NCBI RefSeq assembly: GCF_009834535.1
Contig: NC_045696.1
Location: 52,144,001-52,208,000 of the forward strand
Source of the DNA: Camelus ferus
Taxonomy: Eukaryota
DNA length: 64,000 bases
Reading direction: 5' to 3'
Positions 25,251 through 39,302 of the stretch are shown piece after piece; position 1 is the first letter of the stretch, and each line of letters begins with the position of its first letter. Both the position numbers and the translations under genes were made by a program. The notes beneath the pieces are model-generated. The model made no database searches, had not been told where the DNA came from, and worked only from the letters and a program-made list of their open reading frames with translations.

Positions 25251-27647
25251 CTACACTATTAAATAAAACTTGGTTGGTAAAGATTCTAAATGATAGTACA
25301 CTGATTCACATCGTCATGAGATGCATTATTTATTAATTAGTAACAATATCATTTTCTATCCTCTATACTATACTACAATTGCTATAAAAAATTCTACTGC
25401 AAATCAGCTTCCATTAAGGTATCAACCCTTCTATTTGTGATAATCAATAAACTGTACTCTACCTTTCTGATATTCAATTGTACTTCATCTGTTCTGTACA
25501 CATAAATCTCTAGTAACTATGGTGTCAAAGTACTTTTTAAGCTTCAACTAGGTTTTTACAAAAATGCTATAAGCTGTAATGTCTAAATGTAAAGTTTACC
25601 ATTAAGTTACATCAGCATGTCATACAACCACAGATTTTAAAATAACATAAGAAAATGTAAGATTTTAGACAATATTATAAAAGCTGCTTCAACTGGATTC
25701 AGTACTCAATAAATGAAAACACTTGAGAATCTTAGTAAAAGTAAACCTTGAGATGGTTGAAATATCTATTCTAAATAATGGAAACATTTAGGTAATTGTA
25801 CAAAACAAGGATCAGGCTTTTTGAGGTCATAAAATGCTTGACCTTCCCAGGTAAGATGAAGGCAGAAAGCTTACCACTAAATTACACAATAGGGGTAAGA
25901 TTGTTGAATCTATCTGAAAAATAACATTTTCAAAAGCTCCATAAAGAAACTGATTCATTAAAGAAATAATCGGAAAGATTCTTTTTCTTTTCTGATGTGA
26001 AGGAGAATCACAAAATATTGCAATATTTGCAAAAGAGGGTGAAGTGTTCACATCTCACTTGTGAGACTTGAATAGCTTTATTACCTATGCTCTTGCTATG
26101 TATGGAGAATGTTGAGGAAAAGCATTTCCAAAAGAACACAGTTCTGCTGATACTGGGTTCCTGTTAATATCACATGATAGAATAGGAGCTTTCACATACA
26201 ATCAAGATGACAGTCACTTACTCTGTACTCAGAGAGACCAATTTTCCCCCATACACATGAGTACTGCACAAATCACAAAGTGCCAAAAATTGAATGTAAG
26301 TGCAAACCTCCCAACATTACTCAGGTATCAGCAAAAACACAAGTTTAGCTACATGTGAAAAGAAGTCAGGTCTAAGGAGTTAAAGGGGAGGGCAGACTGG
26401 AATTAGAAAAATTTATCTGCCTCTGCTGCAGTTCATCTGCCTCACTGAAAATAATTAAACCAACCTTTCCAAAGATTTGTCTTGTTTAGGTATAAGCTGT
26501 CTTATCAATGCAATCTCACTCACTCTCCATGCTCTCCCTCTCCTAAACTATCTTTTTGTTCATAATAGGCTCTTTTTCAATCTCAATTTTTTAATCTCTT
26601 TTTCGCCCTTTTTCTCCCTCTCACTATACACACACATGCACACACACATACAAAAAGATACTCACTGCATGATGTTAACTGTAACTTAAAGGATATTTTC
26701 TTTGAAAAAAATCACATATAATCATTGATATGACAGCAGAGAAGTATGTCAGCCACTGAAGAATTAGGGCAACATGATCTAAATCAACTGGTAGATATAT
26801 TATTATACTATTAATGTGCATCTTCTGTAAGAGGATTACCATGCTATAAACAACCTTAATAAAGATTCATGGAAAGATCCCACTGGACATAATAGTAAAG
26901 ATAGGCTATTATGAAATGCTAATAATTTCAGGAAGTATGACAGATATCACTGATATGATTGTATCAGTCTTTCACTTCAAATATATAGATATTTTGGATA
27001 ATTTTGATAATTAACAACTGAGCCAAGCTAAAATGAAAGATAAAAATGGAAATCTCTGAGTGTCAGAAAAAAGAGGCAACTCAGAGCTACAGCCTAGTGT
27101 GGGGCTGAAGCCTTGTTGGTTGGACCCTACGACACCATACTCACATATACCCAGGTATTCAGGTAGATATACAGAGTATTAACACCAAATTCTAACACTA
27201 GGTTTTGTGGACAACAGGCAAGACCTAAAGCGAATGAGAGGGATGGAGCTGCAACTGAGACATGTTTATTAATGGATGAACCATCCATAGGATTAGGAGT
27301 AGAAAAAGATCTATAGACTGGCATGGACAAGGAGTAAAAAATTAAATTCTTCTTAAGGGTCTGGGTGGCAAAAAAAAAAATCACATAAAACAAATATGAA
27401 ACCCAGATATGTTTCATAGTCACTTTAGGAATCAACACTTATACTGTATCTTAGGGACAAAAAAAATCCAAGTTTAAAAATTAATACGAAACCGATCAGG
27501 ATTTCCTAGACTCTTATGGGCACAGATCTTGAGTCATAGGATAGAAGGAAATGCTAAATCACTTTGGAGGGACAATCAGAACTCTCATAGAAAACAATCT
27601 GCTTCAACTGATAATGAGCTCACCATAATACCAGAAACTGCTATTCT

Positions 27648-27975
27648 TTTGTTTATTCATTCAACCACTATGTATTAAATGCCTCTTTTAGGTAGGTGCT
27701 ATTTTAGACCAAGAAGACATAGTAGTGGAAAAAAACATAGTTCCTGTCTTCAGCAAGTTTATGTTCTAGAAAGGGAGACATAAATATAAATACAATATAC
27801 AGTACTAATAAATGCCACAAGGAAAAAGCAGGATAAAGAAAGAGACTCAGATATGGAGAAGCAGATATTTAAATAGAATATTGACAGAATGGTTTTCTAA
27901 GAATTTAAAATTCCAGAACACTGAACAAACTGAAGGACTAAACCATAAGGCAAAAAATACTTCGAGATGAGAAAA
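27648..27975 (-). mobile_element. L2a 3' end
   Basis: tttattcattcaaccactatgtattaaatgcct...gttcctgtcttcagcaagtttatgttctagaaagggagaca. Confidence 0.7.
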
Positions 27976-27984
27976 CAAAAACTA

Positions 27985-29955
27985 GTAAAGATACAGAAAA
28001 TTTAAACAATATAATTAACAATTTTGAATACTAACTTATGTGCAAAAAATTTTCCCCTCAAGGACTACATATTATTTCAAGCTATTGTGTAGTATTTATA
28101 AAGTTCAACAATTTTTCGTCCATAAAAGAAGACTCAACAAACACCAAAGAATTTTTATCATGCAAACATGCAAACCATGTTGTCTGATCACAATGCAGGA
28201 AAATCAGAAATAAAGACAAAAAGACAGGTTAAAAACATCTATATATTTAAACTAAAGAACACAGTTATAAATAATTCATGAGTCAAGGAAAAAACTCATA
28301 ATGGAAATATTAAATATTTAAAACTAACAACAGTGAAGATACTACATATCAAAACCTGTGGGATGCAGCTAAAGTGATACTTAGTGGAAAATTTATGGCC
28401 TTTAATGCATATATATGATACTAAAATTTTATAAAATTAATTAGTTAAGGATCTAACTCAGCAAGTTAAAAAATAATAGCAGCAGAATAAGGCCAAATAA
28501 AGAAGGAAATAAATAATAAAGATTAAAACAAAAATTAATGACATAGAAAAATTACACAATATAGCCAAAACCAGTTCTTTAAAAAGACAAATAAAATATT
28601 AGGTCAAACCATATGAAATTTCCAAAATTCAACCTAATAATAAACCTGTACTGATCAAAGTATTATTAATTATAAAATATTAAGCAATAAAAAGGCATTA
28701 ATTAGAAACTTTAGGAATGAAAAGTGTGTATCTCTAAAGATATAAGAAATATTAAAATAACAAAAAGCATATACTAAACAACTAAATGACAATCAACTCA
28801 CAAAATCAAATGAAATGCGCGATTTCCTAGAAAAGCATAACATACTGAAACCAATACAATAAGAAATAGAAAAATTGAATAATGCTATGATTAATAATTG
28901 ATGTGAATTGATACTAAAAGTATAGAGCACAAAAAAGGAAAAGTATACGCTGATCTCACTTAAGAACTTAGATGCAAAAATTCTAAATAATATATAAGCA
29001 AACCAAATAAAGCAATATGTACATGCTTATGTGTATGTATGCATATAAATACATAATAATTATAGAGAATTTATCCCAGGAATGTAAGAATTGTTCAACA
29101 TCAGAAAATATATTAAGTGATACATACAGTATTTGGAGATTAAATTAGTAAAACCATCATTTTATCAATACAAGCAAAAAATTAAAAAATCAATACAAAA
29201 TAAAACCCAAATACTATAAATATGGAAAAAAGACATGCGATGGACTAAGGGGAAATATTTGCAACATACATAACCAGTGAACCATTTCTACTGAGAATAT
29301 ATAATAAGCTACAACAAATGAATAAAAAATAACCATATAATTTTAAAAAGTGCTGAGAATACAAATTTTTTTAAAAATCAGAGAAAATAAAACCTGATTG
29401 GCCAATAAGAATATGAAGTGCTCAAATTTACTTAAAAAATAAAGTAGTTAATAATTGCACTTTTACTCTTGTCTTTTTATCAAAAATTTAAGTCTGTCAA
29501 AACCTAGAGTTGGAGAGGGTATGGAAAAAGGGGAACTCAGAAATGTTGAAGAGTAATTTTCCATTACCTTGTAAAGTTAAAAATGTTTTTTCCCTAAACT
29601 CAGCAATTAAAATACAGAAATCCTCTCACATGTACACAGAGAGATATTAACAAAGATGTTTACTGCGATACTGGCTATAATAGAAAAAAAAAAGAAAAGA
29701 AAGAACAAAGGAAAGAGAGGACAGAGGAAGAAAAAAAAAAGGAAGGACATAAAGAAATGAGTGAAGGTGAGTGTACTGAAGGGGAAAGGAAGAGAAGAAA
29801 CTCTTAAATGTGCATCAGTGTGGCTCAGCACACAATGGAATGATACACAGTACTTTATATAGCAACTAAAATGCGTTGGGTCCATGTGTACCAATGTAGA
29901 TAACTATGAATGAACATAATATCAGGTGAGACCAAAATATGTTGCAGAATGACAC
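27985..29955 (+). mobile_element. Old L1 (L1ME-like) ORF2 and 3' region; continues at ~33230-33570
   Basis: Endonuclease SDHN motif tctgatcacaat (~28183), aacctgtgggatgcagctaaa, gatgcaaaaattctaaataa. Many internal deletions; the 3' UTR resumes after the nested elements. Confidence 0.75.
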
Positions 29956-30384
29956 ATAATTTTTCACTTGACAGGAGCCCTCAGTGTTTCATAATTATTT
30001 TTTACACAGAGCCCTGAGTGTCTTAGCAATGTTTTATCAGCAAACTTAGCCTAAAATATTACCGAACAAATCCATGTACTGAGTAGTATAGGGCTACAAG
30101 TATTTATGCCCCAGTAACATAGTGGTCATATAAAAAATAATAAACATAAACTAAAAAGTAAATATTATCTTAATTCCATTCTTATATAACCATTCTTAAA
30201 TTACTTATTATTGGGATGTGTGTGCTTATGGGGCACTGCACAACTTCTCAAAACTTGAAATCATATTGGATACTGTCATTCTTATTTCTTGTACTATTTT
30301 GAATTTCACACCTGCTTTCTATGACAGCAACTGCCAAAAACCCAGCTTCTCAAAACATGGCACCATCAAGAAGAATGTACTGAA
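29956..30384 (-). mobile_element. MER119 (hAT-Charlie) DNA transposon, part 1
   Basis: gggatgtgtgtgcttatggggcactgcacaacttctcaaaacttgaaatcatattgga...aaaacccagcttc is the reverse complement of the remembered MER119 consensus. Confidence 0.7.
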
Positions 30385-33043
30385 TGTTAATTTTGTAAAC
30401 TACAATTTTACTGAATTCATTTATTAGTTCTAATAGTTTTTCGGTGGAGTCTTTAGGATTTTCTATATATAATATGTGATCTGCATATACTGATAGTTTT
30501 ACTTCTTTTCCATTTAGATGCCTTTTATTTATCTATCTTATATGATTGCTATGACTAGGATTTCCAATACTATGTTGACTAAAAGTGGCAAGAATGGGCA
30601 TCCTTGTCTTGTTCTTGATCTTAGAGAAAAATCTTTCAGCTTTTCTCCATTGAGCGTGACTTTAGCTGTGGGTTTGTCATACACAGTCTTTATTTTGAGA
30701 TATGTTCCCTCTGTACCCACACTGTTGAGAATTTTAATTACAAATGGATGATTGATATCATCACATCCTTTTACTGCATTTATTGAGATGATCATATGAT
30801 TTTTATTCTTCAGTGTGTTAATGTAATGTATACATTGGTTGATTTGTGGATACTGAATAATCTTTGTGACCTTGGGATTAATGCCACTTGATCATGATGT
30901 ATGATCCTTTTAATGTATGCTGAATCTGGTTTGATATTATTTTGTTCAGGATTTTTGCATTTATGTTCATTAGGGATATTGGCCTGTAACTTTCTTTTTT
31001 TATAGTGTCTGGTTTTGGTACCAGGGTAATGCTGGTCTTGAAGAATAAATATAAGATCTGCTGTATTTCTATATATTAATAATAAATTATCAGAAGGAGA
31101 AATTAAGAAAACAATCCCATTTGTAATTGCGTCAGAAAGAATAAAATACCTAGGAATACATTTAACTGAGAAGGTCAAAGGTCTGAAGTGTGAAATCTAT
31201 AAGACACTGATGAAAGAAATTGGTGAGGACACAAAAAAGTGGAAGGATATATCATGCTCATGTATTAAAAGAATTAATATTATTAAAATGTCCATATTTT
31301 CCAAAGCAATCCACAGATCTAATGCAATCTCAATAAATACTAATAGCATTTTTTTGCACAACTAGAACAAGTAATCCTAATATTTATACGGAGTCACATA
31401 AGACCCAGAATAGCCAAAGTAATCTTGACAAAGAAGAAAAAAAATGGAGTTATCAAGTTCTCTAATTTCAAATTATACTACAAAACCATAGTGATCAAAA
31501 TAGTATGGCACTGGAACAGATAGCTCAATGGAACACAATAAAGAAGCCAGAAATAAACCCACGCTTATATGGTCAATTAGTCTATGACTAAGGAGGCAAG
31601 AATATAGAATTGGAAAAAGGCAGTCCCTTTTATAAGTGGTGTTTGGGAAACTGCATAGGTATATTTAAAAAATGAAACTGGATCAACCTTTTACACCAGC
31701 TACAAATATAAGCTCAAAATGTATTAAACTTAAATGTAAGACCTGAAACCAGAAAACTCCTAGAAGAAAACATAGATAGTATGCTCTTTGACATTGATCT
31801 CAGCAATATTTTTTGGATTTGTTTCATCAGGCAAGGGAAGCAAAAACAAAAATAAAGAAATAAGATTACATCAAACTTAAGAACTTTTGCATAACGAAGG
31901 AAACCATTAACAAAATGAAAAGACAACCTACTGAATGGGAGAAGATAGTTGCAAATAATATATCCAATAAGGGGTTAATACCTAAAATATACAAAGAACT
32001 CATACAATATATTACCAAAACAAACCAACCAAGCAATCCAATTAAAAAATGGGCAGAGGACTTGAACAGTTTTCCAAAGGAGAAATGTAGAAGGCCAATA
32101 GACACATAAAAAGATGTTCAATATCACTAATTTTCAGGTAAATGCAAATCAAAACCACAATGAGATATCACCTCACAACTGTCAGAATGGCTATTATCAA
32201 AAAGACAACAAACAGCCAGTGTTAATGAGGTTGTAGAATAAAAAGGGAACTCTGGTACATTGTTGATGGGAATTTAAAGTGATGTAGCCACTAGGGAAAA
32301 TGGTATGGATATTCATCCCCAAATTAAGAACAGAACTACCATAAGATCCAGCAATTCTACTTCAGGGTGTCTATTCAAAGCAAATATAATAATTCAAAAA
32401 GATATATGTACCCCTATGTTCATTGCAGCATTATTTACAATAGTCAAGGTGTGGAAACAAGCTAAGTGTCCACTGACAGATAACCAGATAAACATACAAT
32501 AGAATATTATTCAGCTATAAAAAATAATGAAATATTGCCATTTCCAACAACATGAATGAATCTACAGGATGAATCTAGAGGGTATTATGCTGAGTGAAAT
32601 TAGTCAGACCAAGAAAGACAAATACCATATGATTGTGCTTATATGTGGAATCTAAAAAATAAAACAAACAAAGGAGACTCAAAGAGAAAGAGAACAAAAT
32701 GGTGGTTGCTACAGTGGAGAGGGGTGGAGAATGGATGAAACTGGTAAAGGGGATTAAGATTCTAGTCCTAGGGACATTGTGCTGTCCACCAGAAATTGAC
32801 GCATTGTAGTTGACTGTACTTCAATAAAAAAAAGATTCTAGTCATAAAATAAGTCATCAGGATACAATGCAAAATAATAGGGACTATAGTCAACAATATT
32901 GTAATAACTTTGTAGGTGACAGATGGTTACTAGACTTATCATAGTGACCATTTCATACAAAGGTTAAAACAAACACTATACTGTACATTTGAAACTAAAA
33001 CCAATATAATATTATATGTAAATTATAATGCAATTTAAAAAAA
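30385..33043 (+). mobile_element. 5'-truncated L1 with 5' inversion (twin priming): inverted 30385-31046, sense 31047-33043
   Basis: Minus ORF 30538-30795 is L1 RT (YDKPTAKVTLNGEKL...QGCP). Plus ORF 31915 ([11 protein letters not shown]) is the ORF2 C-terminus. A-tail at ~33037-33043; TSD aagaatgtactgaa (30371-30384) / aaggatggactgaa (33042-33055). Confidence 0.9.
32768..32831 (+). mobile_element. 64-bp young camelid-type L1 3' tip
   Basis: gggacattgtgctgtccaccagaaattgacgcattgtagttgactgtacttcaataaaaaa flanked by a perfect 12-bp TSD aagattctagtc (32756-32767, 32832-32843). Confidence 0.85.
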
Positions 33044-33220
33044 GGATGGACTGAAATCAATGTTGAAACTGTGTACTATCTCAAGCTAGTGGCTGACCTG
33101 GCTTCTGACAGATGATGGATATTGCCATATTTCTCTTGAAAATTTAAAATATCCTATAGCACACCTACGAGTTCACTGTGGCACTCCAGGAGCACTTGGT
33201 ATCTAGATTGGAAACCATGG
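33044..33220 (-). mobile_element. MER119, part 2
   Basis: aatgttgaaactgtgtactatctcaagctagt...gaaaatttaaaatatcc...gagttcactgtggcactcc...ttggaaaccatgg continues part 1 to the terminus. Confidence 0.7.
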
Positions 33221-34615
33221 CATTATGATGAGATATGATTCATGTAAATTTTTTAAATACACAAAACTATGCTAAATGTTCATGGGCATACACAAAGACA
33301 CTGTATCTATATATTACACATATGCATATATAGTAAAAATATGGTCTTAAAGCACATGCATTAATCTCAAGAAAGTGGTCATCTCTGAGAAAAAAGATAA
33401 AGAAATATAAACAGGAGGGAACTTCAACTATTTCTGTAGTGGCTAATTTCTGTAAAAATTTTCTTTAACAAATATTGTTAATGCTAACATTTTTACAAAT
33501 AAGTGATGGGTTTTTGATTTATTAATTCTGTGCCTTACTATATTTTTAAATAGTTCATTTAAAAAATAAGAAATGATTGACATTGCAAATTTTCAAAAGC
33601 TTTATGTAAGCTGCTACTTTTAGCATACCATTTAAAATCCCAGAACATCTGGTGACTGTTAGACCTGCTTTTCCACAGTTTCTACTTAGAATCATTAAAC
33701 AATCCACTAGAAGTAGTCTAACATTTAAAGAAAAAACTTCAGTACAAAGACCTCTATTTCCTAAGCTCTACCCTAAGTCACAAATGTTACTTTCATTTAG
33801 TAACTTTGGTAAAACTTTCAGCATAAATGAAACATGAGTATTTTCATTGTTTTTCTTCATAATATAACCATTTCTCATTTTACTTATTGAAGATAATGTC
33901 AGTGTATGATAGACTGTAACATTTACTTATCTGGTGCTATCACAAACTCCATAAATGTTTGGCCCATTTCAAGAAATATACCTATCCCCAGCCTTAGTTT
34001 TAATATATTTATTTTTTAGGACTGGCAAGTTTAGAAGTGCACCTACAGTGAATGAACAGGTGTTTTTCATTATGCTGGGTATACATTAAGTTTCTGTTAG
34101 TCATGTGCCCCTATTCACCATATTCATCCCTTTTCCCTCTCCAAGCCCCAATACTTTTAAAAATTATTATTACTCATTAGAAGAAGGAAACTATAGATAC
34201 TGTGGGGACTGTTGGCAATATTGACAGATTTCAGAATTTCTATGCATCAGTCAAGGCCTCATGATCAATAATATCAGCTACAACAACAAATTAAAGAGGA
34301 TAGCAATTAACCCATGTGCACTGGTCAAACCACGGCCTGTGTTTTACTTTAGACACTCCATTTTGATAAGGACATTTCCATATCAAAAATCCTATAAGGA
34401 AAAACATACAGAATAATTAGAAGTCTTGAAGTAGCAGGGTTAGTTGAAGTAACTAAGGAGAGTTGGCTTGAAAAAGAGGAGACCAAGAGAGAAATCGCCA
34501 GCATCAATATATTCATCGTAGGACATTAGGTAGCTAGAGGATCAGGTAGTTATAAAATAACTGGAATAGCACAGGCTGGATCTCCAGGAATGACTGCTAG
34601 TTCCACACTGTAGAA

Positions 34616-34760
34616 TCTTTGGGGTGATGAAATATTCTAGAATTAGATGATGGTAATGTTTGCAAAATCTTCTGAACATACTAAAAGTCACAAAATTGTA
34701 AAATTTAAGTGGGTGAAATTTTATGGTATGTGAATTAGATCTTAATTTTTCAAAAAAGAA
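34616..34760 (+). mobile_element. L1MB-like 3' tip
   Basis: ggggtgatgaaatattctagaattagatgatggtaatg...ttttatggtatgtgaatta. Confidence 0.75.
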
Positions 34761-34907
34761 TCTATTAAACATAGTAATATAGATACTATAATCCCAAGAA
34801 TAAGAGAAAAGTCAAGAAAAAGAAATAATAAAAACAGTGGTTTCAAACAGGGATAAAAGAAAAAAGGTAACAAGCACTTCTGTCAATACTAGCAGTAACA
34901 TACTTAC

Positions 34908-35075
34908 GTCTACATTTAAGTGAACTAGCATAATCTTTCTCTTATATGTACCTAACCCTTGATCGTTACTAGGAAGAAATGATATCCAGAATGGCTGTCT
35001 GTAATCCTGATGTCATTTCCCACAAATCAAAAAACAAAAGCCTGTATTCCAAATTATGACAAATGCTGTAGGATT
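34908..35075 (-). other. Weaker candidate non-coding exon, 168 nt
   Basis: Minus-strand acceptor gatttttttttccag| and donor gac|gtaagt; stops in all frames. Confidence 0.25.
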
Positions 35076-35479
35076 CTGGAAAAAAAATCATACTTTTCAG
35101 TGTTTCCCAGGTTTTTGAAAATGAGTCCTTAAAAAAAATTAATGAAGTATTACAAGACACATTCTAGCTCTCCAATCTTAAAAAAAAGGGCAGAACTATT
35201 CTTTTATTTCCAACGGAATACACAAATGAAACTTATAATGTGGTTGGAAACACTTCATGCCATATTTGACATAAATTCCAGAATAAAGTATGAATAAAAA
35301 TATGAGCTTATAACCAACAGTAGTAGTATAAATTTTTTATGGGAAGCTGTTTTCTAATCATATATATAAAAGAACAGTTGGGAATCATACAGAAGCCAAG
35401 AGCAATTTAGTTTATTTGTACTAGTATAGGCTTCTGGGTTTTTCTTTGTTGTTGTTGTTGTTGTTGAGAAAACAAGAGT

Positions 35480-37410
35480 CAGGCATTACAACTGTAAAAA
35501 ATTCAATTGCTTTCTCATATACTACCAATTAACCACTGAAATTTGAAATTAAAACACAACACCAATTACATTAGCACCAAAACATTAAATAAATTCTTAG
35601 GTATAAATCTAATGAACTATGTACAAAATCCATATAAGCAAACCTATAAAATTCTGATGACAGAAATCACAGGAGTAAATAAATGAAGAGATATTCCATA
35701 TCCATGGATAGAAGACTTAATATTGTCAAGATGTCTGTTCTTCTCAATTTGACCTACTGATTCAATGCAATCTCAGTCAAAATCACAAAAAATCATTTTG
35801 TAGATATCAACAAACTGATTCTAAAGTTTATATGGAGAGGGAAAAGACCCAGAATAGCCAACTTTATATTGAAGTAAAAGAACAAAGTCAGAAGACTGAC
35901 ACTGACTGACCTGAAGACTTAACTACAAAGCTACTGTAATCAAGACAGTGTGGTATTGGTACAAAAAAAAAGACAGATAGATCAGTGGAACAGAACAGAC
36001 AGTACAGAAATAGACTCACATAAATATAATTAACTAATCTTTGACAAAGGCAATACAATGGAGCAATGATATTCTTTTCAACAAGTGCTACAATCAACCA
36101 ATCAATCTAGACACTGACACTGTACCTATCACAAAAATTAACTCAAAATGGATCATCGAACTAAATATAAAACAGAAAACTATAACACTTCTAGGACATA
36201 ACATAGTAAAAAAAAATCTAGGTGACGTAGAGTTTGGCAATGAGTTTTTAGATATGAGAACAAAAGCATGATCCATGAAAGAAATAACTGATAATTTGGA
36301 TTTTATTAAAACTAAAAGCTTTCATTCTGTCAAAACAAGTCATAGAGTAGGAGAAAATGTTTGCAAATCCATGTCTCATAAAGGACTGCTATCCAAAATA
36401 TACAAAGAATTCTTAAATTCAACAGTAAGAAAAATAACTCAAAAAATGGGCCCAAGATCTGAACACTTCACCAAAGAAAACATACAGATAGCAAATGAGC
36501 ACATGAAAAGATGTTCAATATCATAAGCCATTAGGGAATTACAAGTTAAAACAACAATGCGATATTACTTCACATCTATTAAAATGGCTAAAACCAAAAC
36601 AACTAGTGAGATGGGAATGCAAAATATCACAACAACTTTGGAATACAGTTTGGTAATTTGTTATAAAGCTAAATATAATGTTACCATATGATCCAGTAAT
36701 CATACTCTTTAGTATTTACCCAAATAAATTGAAACTTACGTCCACACAAAATTCTGTACATGAATGTTTACAGCAGATTTATTTATAATTGACAAACACT
36801 GGAAGCAACTAAGGTGTCTGCCCTTTAATAGGTGAATGGATAAACAAACTGGCACATCCACACAATGGAATATTATCTAGCACTAAAAATGAACTATCAA
36901 GCCACAAAAAGAGACAGAGGAATCTTAAATGCATATTGCTAAATGGAAGAAGTCAGTCTGAAAGGCTACATACTGTTTAATTCCAGTCATATGACATTCT
37001 GGAAAAGGTAAAACTATAGAGACAGTAAAAAGGTAACCAAGGATTGGAGGTGGGAGAGGAAGTACTGGGGTATTGAGGAGATGGACAAATAGGTAGAACA
37101 ACAGAGAATTTTTAATTTTTAGGTGGACACATGACACTATGCATTTTTCAAAACCCATAGAGCTGTATCACACAGAGTGAATCCTAATGTAAACTATGTA
37201 TTTGAGTTAATAATAATGTATCAATATTGGTTCATCAGTTGTAATAAATGTACCATGCCAGTATGAGTCTAGTTAATAAATGAAAACTGAGGGTGGGGTG
37301 AGGGTGTTGCTAACGGGTATCTGAGAATTCCATAAATTCCGCTCAGTTTTTTTTTTTTTTTTTTGTATCCTAAAATTGCTCCAAAAATAGTTTATTGATT
37401 AAAAAAAGAA
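35480..37410 (+). mobile_element. L1MC-like (L1MC2-type) ORF2 end and 3' UTR
   Basis: ORF fragments TKINSKWIIELNIK and KENIQIANEHMKRCS; 3' UTR gtgaatcctaatgtaaactatg...taataatgtatcaatattggttcatca. Confidence 0.85.
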
Positions 37411-37839
37411 TTAAAACCATTTATGCCTAAAATTAAGAATAGGAAACATAAAATTAAGTTTAACAGATCTATTTCAATTTTGGTGACACAATCAAAATGG
37501 AAGGAAAATTGTGACAAAAATGAAACATATAGGGAAGATGAGAAAGAGGTAAAGAGGAAAGGAAAGACACAGTAAGAGAAAGACACAGGCATGAGCACTA
37601 AGAAAAGACAAATAGGGCACATACACACACAAAAAGACAAAACAAACACACACAGAAAGACAAACAAAAAAGACAAAGAGTGTCTGTGAAATTCAACTGC
37701 ATTAAATTGAGGAATATCCTATAATGCTGATAAAGTTGAAAACAGCACAGTTTTTAATGTGAAAGCTGTTATTAGAAAGTAAAATACTCATTTTTTTAAA
37801 GACATAAACCCTACTCTACAATTGAACAAATTACTTCCT

Positions 37840-38135
37840 CTTCCTAGAATGTCTTTTCTTCCATCCCTACCTGTCAAGGTTTCAATCTATGTACTTCTAG
37901 GTTCAACTTAACTGTCAGGCCACGGTTACAACAAATCCTTCCCTCTCCTGTATTTATGAAGTGCTTTGTAACTCCAAGAGAACCCTTAAATCTGTCCTGT
38001 GGTAGAGTCATTGAAAGGTATTCCCCTCCCTCACTATATGTCACTGAGTCAGGACTGGGCATATTATTTCTTCATCTTTGCATTTTGCCTCAATGCCTGC
38101 TACTGTGATTTGCATAATACATGTACTCAATAAAT
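37840..38135 (+). mobile_element. L2 3' end
   Basis: Ends tactcaataaatatttactgcactgaattgaa. Confidence 0.55.
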
Positions 38136-39302
38136 ATTTACTGCACTGAATTGAAGATACATATCACATACCCAAAAGTTAAAGATCCAAATACCCTTTG
38201 CCACAGTGAAAGTAATATTTTTATTTCAATGATTCTACCATTCTTGAAATACTGTAAGTTACATCTCTTTTGAAATTGCCTTTAGAGACTTCACAAAACT
38301 ACACAAGATAAATGGCTTTATTATTTCTATAATGTTAAAAAAAATACCCTTTTTCATCATCCAAAACCGACAGGCCATACATATAGCCTTAGAAAGAGTA
38401 GTTAAAAGAAGTGGATGGGGCAAATGGCACTTAATTGGAACAGGTTGAAAAGTTAGAGGTAAGGAAATGAAGATAAGGGATTTAGAGAACTGTACCAGTC
38501 AGAATAGGCCAGGTTTTGCTAGGGCAATAAACTTGTAAACATGGCTTTAAATTACTCTGGAATATTTTAAAAAATTAAATCAAAGGGTTGTTTTCCACAA
38601 AAAATTTTCAAAAGGATATGTTGTTGGCTCTGAAGGCAAGTCTAACACAGTACAATATTTAGAGTTGTGGCTGTACTACTTAAATGAAGAAATATCTCCC
38701 AACGTGACTACTTTACAAAGAATAATACTCATTTGGATGCATAAAAGTCCATTACATGATACACAGTTGCATTTGTCTTAAAAAATATGAGTTTTAGAAT
38801 ATAGAGTTAATTCTTTTTATATGTTAAGCAAACAAGTGTAAATCAAAATTTGTAAAGAAATCACACTTTTAAAATATTTTGCAAACCATAACTCATCTAT
38901 GTAGCAAACTATCATTCCTTAATTTATCTCTTTTTGCAAATCCTAAATTTTCATAAATTAGGTTTTTAAAAGTGGAGATCACTTGAATTATTATGTGGAC
39001 AGATTCTAAACTTTGGAACAAATGTCCCAACTTTTATTCAAAATATTTTGAATAATGTGTCTTAAAGGCCAAAATACTACTGTTATTCAGAAAAAAGTTT
39101 CAAAATGCAATGAATTCCTAAAATCATTATACTAATACATAAATTGCATATTTATTTTGATCCAAAAGTCCAGCCGCTTTCAAAACACCTCTACTCATTT
39201 CTTTTTAAATGAGAACAGCATTCTTTGTAGAAATGTGAGATATATTTTAACACAACATTTAGTTTGACAAAGATACAAACATTTCCACTGTTAGAATCCA
39301 CT

